Assembly: GCA_951406725.2 (NCBI GenBank)
Contig: OX597819.1
Location: 186,001 to 250,000, forward strand
Length of the DNA: 64,000 bases
DNA from: Octopus vulgaris
Taxonomy: Eukaryota
Direction: 5' to 3'
Shown here: positions 52,900-64,000 of the stretch, in pieces
Position numbering within the stretch: the stretch's first letter is position 1
How the letters are laid out: each line of letters begins with the position of its first letter
Notes under the pieces: generated by a model
Databases searched by the model: none
What the model was told of the DNA's origin: nothing
Seen by the model: only the letters and a program-made list of their open reading frames with translations
Made by a program: the position numbers and the translations under genes

Positions 52900-53800
52900 G
52901 AGTCTTGTCTTTCTCAATTCTTGGATATGTTTCTTTTGCCAGAAAAGGTCCGCGGATTCTACCTTCAGCTTGTTATGTCAGCAATGACTAATACATCTGA
53001 GCGTGCTTTCGTATTGTCTACCTGATATATACAATCTTTTGGTATCGCTTTTTTAAAATCATATGTTGACACCATGCTGTATTTAGAATAGCATGGAGCA
53101 TTCCGGTGCATGTGTCATTTAGAGTTTTCTTCATGGAAGCTGTAATGTCCATGGTGTCGAACCATAAACTAAAGCTGGCACAACTGCAACTCAGAAGAAT
53201 CTATTCTAGTTTATCGCAGAAAATTAGATTTCCATACATTATCCGAACAATTAAGGAAAACTATGAGAGCTATTGCTAGACTACGGCGTTCCTGGAGAAA
53301 CTGTGTGATATAAGGATGATATATCAGCACATTAGAGCTAAAATTCGTTGTGCTGACGGTGACACTAACTACTTTTAGATTACTGCCGGAGTGCTACAAG
53401 GTGACACCCTTGCATCGTACTTTTTCAAAATATGCCTTGACTCTGTACGAAGGAAAACATTGGACTAAAACAAACATCAAATAGATTTGACTGACATTAG
53501 GAAAGGAGTAATAAATTTTCTGACAAGAAATTTGCAGATGCAGATTATGCTAATGATCTGCGAATAATCACTGATCATATGAAAGGTGCCAATATCCTCC
53601 TACATCCTCTAGACGAAAATGCCAATGAAATCGGACAGTTTATGAACGTTTCTAAAACAATATACTTATCAAAATCAAGATAAACCTGAAAAAGTTGCAC
53701 TCTCTGAATGAAAAGCAAATTAGAAAGAAGAGAACTACAAATATCTTGGAAGTTCTACCGCCAAATGGAAAAGTGACATGGAAATTGGATTAGTAAAGCA
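52900..53800 (+). mobile_element. Old non-LTR retrotransposon RT remnant
   Basis: GVLQGDTLASYFF and DADYANDL motifs with many stops. Confidence 0.75.
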
Positions 53801-53918
53801 AAGTAACTATATTTATATATTTTAAACACCATAATTCCACCTCAGTTATTTGTTGCCAATATAAACGCCCCACAGATTCCCTAACTCTGAGTTTACTTTA
53901 TTCTTTAATGCCTCTAAT

Positions 53919-54219
53919 TTTTTTTATTTATGCGCCCTTTTCAAGCCTAGCCAGGCTCATGGGCTCGGTTTCCCGGTTTCTGTGGCGTATGTGTTCCCCA
54001 CCAGCTGGACGGGACGCCAGTCCATCGCAGCGTTACTCAAGAAACAGGAAGAAAGTGTGAGAGAAAGTTGGGGCGAAAGAGTACAACAGGGGTCGCCATC
54101 ACCCCCTGCCGGAGCCTCGTAGAGCTTTAGGTGTTTTCGCTCAATAACACACAATGCCCGGTCTGGGAATCGAAACGGCGAGTTCGCTGCCCTAACCACT
54201 GGGACATTGCGCCCCCACG
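53919..54219 (-). mobile_element. tRNA-derived SINE family E
   Basis: Exact 12-bp TSD aatgcctctaat (53907-53918, 54220-54231), A-rich tail, A/B-box-like head on the - strand. Confidence 0.88.
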
Positions 54220-55539
54220 AATGCCTCTAATACCATTAAGAATGGGTAACCATGTCAGAACGCATCTTGAACAATAATGGTAAGTACGAAATTAATATAG
54301 TGTGGTTGATATCACTACAAAGCGTCAATGCCATTGTCTGATTGATAGTCGCATTAAATGCATTTGTATAATTATTTTGTCCCGTTATCTTTTTAGTTCT
54401 AATCCACCTGTGTACAATTTGCTCCTGAATCAGATATAGTATGTAACTATAGTATACAAGGCTCAAACTAAGCTACAATATCTTAAAGCCATATTTATAC
54501 ATGCCATTACTTTTGTGATACGGTCTCCTAGAACGTATTTCTTGCATTAAATATGATTTTATGAAATACGATCAAAACCAACCTGATGTGATAATTTTTT
54601 TTTCTTTCTGTGATGAAAATATATAGAAGGAATAATCCCGAATTACTCAATACCTCCTTTAAAATATAATTTCATACATATCTAATATTAAATCAAGTGT
54701 CTTTAAAATCATTATATAAGAATATATATGGATGAGATGAGAGAGAAGTGAGAGTGGAAAATTGAATTTATAATTCACACTTCTATTTCTACTATGATTG
54801 ATAAATGAACTTCTAGAAAAGTGATGGAGCAATGATTTGAAACTGACTAAACATATGAATAATTCCTTTTACTATGACAGTCGATAATTAAATGGCGGAA
54901 GGATATCCTTTCGTTCAATCTGGAATATGATTCACTTTTATAATCTTATTAAGAAATCATTATTAAATTTAACCTAGCTGCTAGATTCATTTATTTTCAT
55001 TTCTTCTATAATACATAACTTGCTTTTTCTCATTTTAGTTATATTACTTTTATTTATTAATATTGTGCAACTACAAATTGCATTCTGCGAGCGACATAAA
55101 TTTAATAGCCAAGTAATATGAACTTGCCATCATTTGATACCTGATGTACACAATCTGAAATGGAAGTGACAAATGTTCATTTTATAATTTTTTTTTATGA
55201 TTGATTCACCTATCAAGAAGAATGCTTTTGTCGACTCTCATAAACGATTAGATTCCGCGAATATGATATGTGCTCTGGAAACCTGAAGGTAAATGTACTA
55301 TAATTTATGTTTTCACTTCACATTTAATGCCATATTCACCTTGATTCTATACATTTCGTTCTCTATTTCAACCATTTACAATACATTTTATGCTTTTAAA
55401 AGAGAAAAAAATATATTTCCCCTGTTCCAGAATCGATATCCACCATGTATCTTCTGACAGAATGTTAAGGAACAAACAATAATTTTAACGTATTCGTTAT
55501 CATGATCGAATAATTTCTATCTAAATTTTATGTAAACTA

Positions 55540-56825
55540 CGAGGGACGTTCAATAAGTAATGCCCCTGACCCACTTGCAGTTGTTTGATCTAGCTGAAAT
55601 TTTGCATGTGCAATTATTTATATCTATAGATTAAGTGGCAAATTACAGCTCTGAACTAATTGTGGTTTCTGATTTACAGGTGCTTGAACAGAGTCAAGTG
55701 TGAAATGGAGCATGTTGAGTGTCGAGCAGTGATCTGGTTTTTGTATTTGAAAGGACGCACACCACGGGAGACTTTTGATGAAATGAAAGTAACTTATGTT
55801 GATGATGCCCCATCATATGACCTTGTAAAACGCTGGCATCGTGAATTTAAACATGGGCGGAACTCTGTGGAAACAGCTCCCAGATCTGGTCGCCCCCTTC
55901 TGCCATTGATGAGGCATCTGTCCGTCAAGTTGAGGCTGCCATTTTGGAAGATCAATGCATAACTATTCGCCAAATAGCCCATGAGGTCAAGATTAGTACC
56001 GGGTCTGTGGAAACTATCATTCATGACCATTTGCATATGCAAAAGGTGTCTGCCAGATGGATTCCCAGGTTGCTCACACCTTTCCAGAAGCAAGAACGCG
56101 TTGAGTGCTCGAGGATGAAGTTGGAGATGTGCCAAGATGAGTCAAAATTTTTCAAAGACTGATTACACAGGATGAAACCTGGGTTCATCACTATGATCCA
56201 GAGACCAAAGCCCAGTCAATGCAGTGGAAGCACCGTGATTCACCTCCTCCAAAGAAGGCAAGGGTGCAGCCCTCCACTAGCAAGGTCATGCTCACAGTCT
56301 TCTGGGACCAGGACGGAGTAGTGATGACAGATTTCCTGGCAAAGGGTACCACAATTACAGGAGCCTATTATGCTTCACTTTTGAAGAAATTAAGAGAAGC
56401 TATCAAAATCAAGTGGCGGGGCAAGATCAGCAAAGGCATCCTCCTCCTGCAGGAGGACGCTCCGGTCCACAACTCGCGTGTCGCCAGATCAGAAGCACAG
56501 GCGTGCAGCTATGAACTCCTCCCCCACCCCCCTACTCTCCTGACCTTGCACCCTCTGATTTTCACCTCTTCCCAGCCATGAAGTTGTTTTTTGAAAGGAA
56601 AGCGTTTCCCAGATGATGCAGCCTTGATTTCTGAAGTCACGTCGTGGTTGGAGGACCAAGCTGGGGTCTTCTACAAAAACGGTCACCAGAGCTGCATCAA
56701 ACGATGGGAGAAATGCGTAACTCTGGGTGGTTCCTATGTAAAAGAAGACTAACCACTGTGCCAAGTTTCGTTGCTCTACTGCTATGGGAAGTGGGTCAGG
56801 GGCATTACTTATTGAATGCCCCTCG
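55540..56825 (+). mobile_element. mariner transposon, full length (1286 bp), irritans-like, frameshifted
   Basis: 37-bp TIRs with 2 mismatches (cgagggacgttcaataagtaatgcccctgacccactt), TA on both sides; WIPRLL, TQDETWVHHY and HPPYSPDLAPSDFHLF motifs. Confidence 0.96.
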
Positions 56826-57816
56826 TATTTGTTTTTATGTATAACTATTTATCATTTTCTCTCTTTCAATATACTGGCTACAATAAACACACCATTAAAA
56901 TTAACACACCTATAAACAATCAAAACGAATTGGAGTTTTTAGGTTAAATTCTAATCTAAAGATTTGTAAATAAAATGTTGCAGTAATATGTCTACATAAA
57001 CTGTCTTAGATTCCAAGCTGAAATTGGTATAAAAACTATCCAGTTTTTTTGTAAATTGCAAATCTCGTTCAGATATGAATTTCTTGCCTCACCACAAAGC
57101 ACCCTTTGTACAAGTTATAGTTAAATTAGTATTAACATATTTAATGTAATGAGTATTAAAAAAATCTAATTAGAAATACTTCTGTAACATTGGGAAAAAT
57201 CATTAAGTAGATGTACAAGTGTAGAATAATATGAACATGAATTATAAAGACAATGTTAAGTTGTTAATACTTCTTTGATTGGATGAACTAGATATGATAA
57301 AGCATCTACACTTTCTCAACAAAAATACTGTGAGGACACCCAGAAGGAAATTTTCTAAAATTCATAGAAGTCAAAGTCGTGTATGAACTTAAAACTCTAT
57401 TCTGCAATTTTAAGTAGAGATGCACTGTAAGCAAAGTTGCCAATTAACAATTAATCAGCTTGCATTATCTGCCACAGATTATATATTATTTAATTATGTA
57501 TTGTGATATGAAAATGTGCACTATAACTAACTGTAGGTAATATATTAAATCAATTACAATTATGGATCTATCATTTGAGAATATGATGACAAATGAGTTG
57601 ATTTTACTAGTTTTGTTGCCAAAGAACTGTGTCATTCAACCTAGCAGCCTTCTGTACACGACATGCTCCATATTCTGTACCTACACACAGGATTTCATCA
57701 TGTCTAATCATTGAGTGACTACACGAGTAGTATTGGTATAAAGACAAAAGTAAAGAAAATTCAATTAACCAAACCTGCAGAAAAGGTAACATTTAGCAAG
57801 GCTCTAAACATATTAC

Positions 57817-58116
57817 AGTGGAACTTCAGTTTACAAATTTAATTCATTCCTAAAGGTTGTTTGTTACCCAAAATGTTCATAAATTGAAATTATTTTTCCT
57901 GTAGGAAATTCAAGAGAAGGCATGGTGAATTCAAGCAAGGATTTGCACTAAGTGAAAGCAGGACAGCAACTGATGATCTCTCACTGATACTTTCAGCTTG
58001 TAGCCAACTTTTGTTGCCAGCTTGTGTACTCATTATTCAACACACCATTCATCATTCAAGAGGTTTTATGCTTGAAAAATTGTTCATAAACCAAGAGGTT
58101 GTTTATAAACTGAAGT
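57817..58116. mobile_element. Tigger-like MITE remnant
   Basis: ta-cagtggaacttcagtttacaaa ... tttataaactgaagt inverted ends. Confidence 0.5.
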
Positions 58117-59041
58117 GTTTTTCAAGTAAAGGTAAACATCATGATGTTATTGCCACTAACATTTCTGGCAATAATCACCTAATACAGTTCATGGGAAATA
58201 TAAAGAGAAATAATGTAACCTTGTTTTCTTAATAGTAGAGTCAGAGGAAGTGGGATAGCCACCATCACTCTCTGTAGAGTTTAAAGATTGGTGGAAAGAA
58301 GGAAGTTATCCTCAGACTGGTGACCTGGTGCTTCCATCTGAATGGACTCTGCTAGTGGTGTACATGGTCAGTCTCTCCAAGGGGCTTCCAAACAATTTCC
58401 TTCTATTTCACTCAGAAGACATTGATAGAAGACAGTTGGTCAAGGTGTTGAGCAATCCAGAAACTACACACTTTTGAAACAAACTTCTTAAACAACACAT
58501 CTTTGGCTGCACATGTTTATCAAAATTGAGCACAACTATGAAGTAGAAATTTCAATTGAAAAATTCATTAATATTATAACTAATGAATTGCTTATATTAA
58601 ATATTAACAATTTCCATCAACTTACAAATTCAAATTTCTTTTCATTTACTGTAAATAGACTGATGTTTTCTTGTGGCTACTGACCAAATTAGCACTTCAA
58701 ATATTAGATTATTAACTACTTAAACCAAGTCAGGTTAATAGAGCCAGATATTCTATCAGCTTACTAAAATACTAACTGGATATCTCATGATAGAGGATAG
58801 GGCAAGACAGTTCAATAGAATACTAGCCTATCAGAAATTCAATTTGTTCAAGGAAGTGTTTGGTACTTTGTACTAGTTTTACAATCTATTTGCTGATACA
58901 ACATTTTATGTCATTATCAATCTCACCAGGAGAATGAAAAGCCAAGTTAAGAAATGGATTTAAGTAATAGAATAGAGAGGAAAACAAGAGTTCTGAGCTA
59001 AAGTACATAACCTAACCTAAATATTATATGGAACAATAAAC

Positions 59042-59070
<29 letters not shown>

Positions 59071-59072
<2 letters not shown>

Positions 59073-60750
59073 CATCATTTAATGTTTGTTTTCCATGCTG
59101 GCATGGGTTGGATGGTTTGACAGGAGCTGGCCAGCTGAAGTGCTGCCTGGGTTCCATGTCTGTTTTGGCATGATTTCCATGGCTGGATGCTCTTCCTAAT
59201 ACCAACCACTTTAGAGTGTATATTTATGTGGCACCGGTACAGGTGCTTTTTAAGTAGCACCAGCATTAACAAGCCTGCAAGATTAGGATCGTTCAGCTAA
59301 AGAGTGATGCAGGGGATATTCCTGTATGCAAGGACAGCTGTGATTTTACTTAGCTTGACATGTCTCTCAAGCACAGCAAACTGCCAGAAATCTCAGTCCC
59401 TTGTCATCCCTCCAGTGAGGCTCAAAGTCTTAAGACCTTTCTCACCACTTCGTCTCACACCTTCTTAGGTCAACCCTTTCCACATATTCCCTCCACAATT
59501 ACAGATCTGCACTTCTTGATACAGCTGTCGTCATCCATACATATTACATGTCCATACCAGTGCCGTCTTCTCTCACTTGCACTACATCTGATGCCTTGTA
59601 ATACTCAGTTTTTCTCTCAAATGACTTACACTCAATCCTATAAACACACTGACATTACCCATGCAGCAGAGAATGCTGGCTTCATTTCTTTCAAGCCTTC
59701 GTATGTCCTCAATAGTCACAGCCCATGCCATGCAGCAAAGCTGTTTGTACACAGGCATTATACAATCTGCCTTTCACTCTGAGGCAGAGGCCCTTCTTTA
59801 TTAACAGAGGTATTAGTTCTCTGAACTTTGCCCAGCCTGTTCTTATTCTAGCAGCTATGCTTTCGGAACTGCCATCACTACCAACTCGGTCACCTAAGTT
59901 ATGGAAACTGTCTGCTAATTCTAGGGATCCCCGCTAACATCTGAGGGAGTCTATTTTTTTGTATATTCCTGGTGTTTAATGTACCTGCACGTCTGCCACA
60001 AGTAAAGAGTACTTTCTCTGTTAATCTTCAAGTGATATCAATGCACCTCTTATATGTCCATAGCCTGCACTGGAGACACCGTATGGAGTTTCTCCCAGCA
60101 TCTTTTCTACGTAATGTGCAGGGCCATCTCCCTGAAGAGATCTATGATTTGTCTGTTTTCCTACTTATTAGGACTTTGGTCTTTGCTAAATTAACTCTAA
60201 GGCCCTTTGATTCTAGACCTTCTTTCCATACCTGAAATTTCTTCTATAGGTCTGGTAGTGATTCATCTATAAGGACAAGGTCATCTGTGTAGAAGAGCTC
60301 CTGAGGGCAGCCAGTCTTAAATTCTTCTTTTATAGCCTTACAGACTGTGACAAACAAGAGGGGGGCTGAGAACTAATCCCTGGTGGACTCCCACTTGTAC
60401 ACTAAATTCCTTGCTATACTCTTTGGCAACTTTCATCTTACTGACAACATCCCTGTGCATGGCTTGTACAGCTTTCACCAACCACTTATCTATCCTTAGC
60501 TTCCACACTGCCCATCAGATAAGGGAGTGAGGGACCCTGTCAAAGGCTTTCTCCATATAAACAAAAGCCAAATACAGAGGTTTATTTTTAGCCAAGTACC
60601 CCTCCTGCAGTTGCCTCAACATTGGTGGTGCTTCTTCCAGGCACAAATTCAAACTCCACTTCATCTAGACTAATTCTCTTCTTAATTGAGATTTGACCCT
60701 TTCTGTAACTTTCATCACTTGGTCCAGCAATTTAATACCTCAATTATTTC
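59071..60750 (-). mobile_element. Decayed RTE LINE (same family)
   Basis: Reverse-strand similarity to the 44055 copy (WKEGLESKGLRVNLAKTK, LFYTDDL) and an atgatg tail. Confidence 0.88.
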
Positions 60751-60869
60751 TGTCAATACATGTTAAAGAAAATTAATACATATAGAAAAAAAAATCATGG
60801 ATCAACAATACTATTTAAAAGTAAGAGTTTCTATATGTAATTCTAAAAACAAAAATCAAACTTGCTTAC

Positions 60870-60900
60870 CTCTTCCACTTTCATGGGAAGTACCACTCGA
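60870..60900 (-). CDS. Phosphatidylinositol transfer protein (class I, PITP alpha/beta-like) exon 2: x-RVVLPMKVEE
   Basis: Minus strand reads ttttctctcatttgcag|T CGA GTG GTA CTT CCC ATG AAA GTG GAA GAG|gtaagc. Strong splice sites, 31 bp, phase 2/0, matching the PITP N-terminal motif (F/Y)RVxLPxxVEE and the short second exon recalled for PITPNA/B. Confidence 0.7.
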
Positions 60901-61232
60901 CTGCAAATGAGAGAAAATGAAAGGTTTTAGTAAGAGTAAAACTATGATTTCTATAGAATTTGAAATTTTATAATTCTCCTTTCATTGAAATCTTTACAAC
61001 AAATCTGAAATGCTGCATTAGCATCCTGCTCTTTTAATGAGGATTTGATCTGTTATCTTCTTATATACACTCTTGAAGAGTAGTGTTCTTCATTGTTTGA
61101 AAATCCCATTGGGGATTCAACTGCTAGTCTGCATGAATTTTACAATAAATCTAACTACTCTCACAACTAAGTCCCACAATCAGTAAATGCTTTATCATCA
61201 GTTTTAAACATGCTTCAAAATAACTGGAGTGT

Positions 61233-61270
<38 letters not shown>

Positions 61271-61351
61271 TTGTATATATATACACACAGACACACACAC
61301 TTAAATATACATATATACATGCATGCACACTGATGATGATGTATGAGAGGG

Positions 61352-62025
61352 TGAAACATTTTCACACAATTTCCAATTTTGTGATAGGGGTAGTGCAGAA
61401 AAGTTGTGAATGGCCATCAAAATAACTGATGTAAAATCTTAGAACTTTGTGACAATATCTTCATATCGAAAAGTGGAAAAAACGCCCCCTTTATTTATTA
61501 GCTATAAAATACAATTTTCATTGCATTTTCTTTGGATACAATTTTCTTTGGATAGTTTTTAAATGAGTGTGATGAAATTACTCTAAAATATGACTTCAAC
61601 ATGTTCTTTTCTGTGACTTCATCTTTTGCTTCCACAAATACCTCAAAATATGCAAAAATATCATAAATATTGTAATTTATCAAATTCAAAAAATTTTTCA
61701 TATTGATGTAAATTACAGTACCCCGCCCTATCCCTCCTTGAGGAAGCAGAAGACAAAATCGAAGAAAAAAGTATGTTTAAGTCATATTTTAGAGTAATTT
61801 CATCACAGTCATTTGAAAGCTACCCAAAGAAGATGCAATGAAAACTATTTCATAGCTAATAAATAGGTGGGGTTTTTTTCCCCGCTTTTCCCATTTTTAG
61901 GTGCGTTTGTGGAGACAGAAGATATTGTCGCAGAGTTAAGATTTTTCACCAGTTATTTTGATGTCAATTCACAACTTTTCGACACTACCCCCGTCATGAA
62001 ATTGAAAATTGTGTAAAAATGCTCC
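61352..62025. mobile_element. Fold-back/MITE-like element with about 250-bp imperfect inverted arms
   Basis: 61352-61602 is the reverse complement of 61773-62025 (e.g. tgtgatgaaattactctaaaatatgactt / aagtcatattttagagtaatttcatcaca), with an approximately 170-bp spacer. Confidence 0.8.
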
Positions 62026-62199
62026 ATATATATGATTTTTTTATGCTTCTTTTTTTTTAGGAACAGCTTGAGGTATTGGTGAACAGTCATGATGATTAAA
62101 GTTGTGGTTGATAAAAGTTAACTGACACGGAGGACTGGAAGCCATCTGAATATTAGAAAATAGTTACCTGTTTTATTGATTTGTATCAAAATGCCAACA

Positions 62200-62825
62200 T
62201 GATGACTGCTACTTAGTGCACTTAAAGGTTGTAAGATGTGATATGCATAGCTGCAACAGAGACTACAAATCATGGCCAACAAGAAGTGACACAGTAGATG
62301 TTCTAACTGTATCTGCAGTTCATCCTCACTTCTTTGAGGCTATGTGAAGCTACTGGAAACTGGGGGCAATCCCTGACTAGAAAGGGTTCCTGCCGAAAGG
62401 CTATATATGTGGCAGCAGGATTCAGTTCCTTGCCCTATCTTCAGAAAGAATCAGAAGTGGTTGAAGAATTTCTATGACTTCATCAGCCCCATTTTCTGGC
62501 CACCTAATACCCTGATTGTAATCCCATAAATTACTTTGTGGTGCAGTTGAGAAAGACACCAACTGCCTGCAACACCAAGGCCAAGCTGGCAGCCAAGATC
62601 AAGGAAGTGCTTGAAGATTTTCCCAGAGACATAGTAAGGAATGTGTACATCAGGTTCCAGAGTCATCTTGAGGTACATAGTGGAAACTGAGGGCAGCTAC
62701 TTTGAGTAAACTTATCTCCCAGCCATAATCTCACTGATACTTTTTGATTTCTTAAAACACCTTTATTTTTGGATGAGATATTGTATTTTCTTTTCCCTTA
62801 ATGTAAAGTGTCAGACTCAGCCCTG
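62200..62825 (+). mobile_element. maT-like remnant related to 25128-26412
   Basis: ttctggccacctaataccctgattgtaatccc...gcagttgagaaagacaccaac parallels 26070-26150. Confidence 0.7.
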
Positions 62826-64000
62826 TGTGTGTGTGTACACACACACAAAATAGGTGCAAAGATGCTAGTATAAGTATACAACAGATGAACAGATTAGTAC
62901 TAGGAAAATCCCAAACTCTTAAAATTCCAACTACCTAAGGGCAAAAATAATTCCATAGGACAATAGTTGACTATAAGAACTTGAGTAACTGAGTTTGTAA
63001 AAAAAAAAAAAAAAATTGGACAAACATACGTATGGCATTATATCATTTATATAATATACAAAGGAGGGTATATAAATGTAATCATAAGTATAACTAGTGA
63101 AGCAAACATATATTCCTAAGTAGTTGTTTAAAAAATTCAGGGACAGGTTGATGCAATAATGTGTATTGAGTAAACAGGTGTGCAGATTGATGTAGTAATC
63201 TACATCAAACAAGTAGAAATTATTATTGATACATAAATATGAAATCTCAATATATTCCAGCCAGAGGCTTAGAAGCACCAAATTTTTTCGTTCAGAAAGA
63301 GTGGCATGAGTGTGATTCTTCTAGTAGCAGATTGATATTTAAGAGCACCGAAACATCAATAAAAATATGTAAGGTGTGGAAGTAGCAAGGGTAAAGTACA
63401 AATAATGATATTAAAAAAGGTTGTGAGATCTAGAGGGATAAGAAGTAAGGAAAGTGAAGGAGAGGTAAATAAAGAAAAAAATATATGGAAAAACAAGAAA
63501 AAATGAAAGAACTAAAATTAGTTACAAACAATCAGACAAGTTGAAACATGTAATAAATCAAAGTGTAAGATACAGTGGAGATGGAATATCACCTGGCGTT
63601 CAATAAACAAACAATTTAGGCACCCCCTCCTCAATGAGACACAGATAACCTTTTGGTAGTCTTAATATTTTATAAGCATCCATGTGAGTAAAATATACTA
63701 GGCAGTAGCAGTGATAAAAAATCTAAATTGAACAATGAGAAACTATATATATTATACATACACATAAATACACACACACACAAATACATACAACCTCCAA
63801 GCAATGAGTTCCCCAGTGCCCAGCTCCACACAACCAGGTACTTTGAAATGCACTTGCTGATGATGCAACACCTATCCCTACATTAACAACACTACAGCCA
63901 CAGCTGGGCCTAAATCACAATATCACATTATAGCTTCTGTTGCACATCTTCCAGTATTATATATTGTATATGTATTGTAGTGCCCTTTATGTAGGAGAAG

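Noticed and set aside
57607-57774. Minus-strand segment with good acceptor (ccttttctgcag) as the next PITP exon
   Set aside because: Translation (VWLIEFSLLL...) has no PITP similarity and ends in a stop.

Overview
AT-rich, microsatellite-saturated animal genomic DNA. The repeat content is consistent with an octopus/cephalopod genome (inference). Almost all ORF-track entries are microsatellite or transposon artefacts. Host genes: (1) six 3' coding exons of a + strand coiled-coil gene resembling CCDC154 (2271-34463, with a 23.6-kb intron); (2) one 31-bp - strand exon matching exon 2 of a class I phosphatidylinositol transfer protein (60870-60900). The rest is a dense TE landscape: a full-length but defective Gypsy LTR element with a nested SINE, several mariner/Tc1 elements and MITEs, a non-autonomous Helitron, RTE and CR1-like LINE pieces, Penelope-like RT fragments and at least five tRNA-derived SINE families. 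The most notable signal is a set of short non-coding elements, mostly inserted in (TA)n, that carry hammerhead-ribozyme (HHR) motifs. About 12 are minimal type I motifs, several with recurrent variant cores (U3-A8; C4), and some sit in a 363-bp tandem array or in fold-back palindromes. Three further copies from two diverged families carry all HHR core segments in reversed strand order inside a covarying double-pseudoknot, a candidate new hammerhead topology. All RNA structures were folded by eye and none is shown to be active. An N gap (51221-51320) and long poly(A) runs (42.5-43.8 kb) flag assembly uncertainty.
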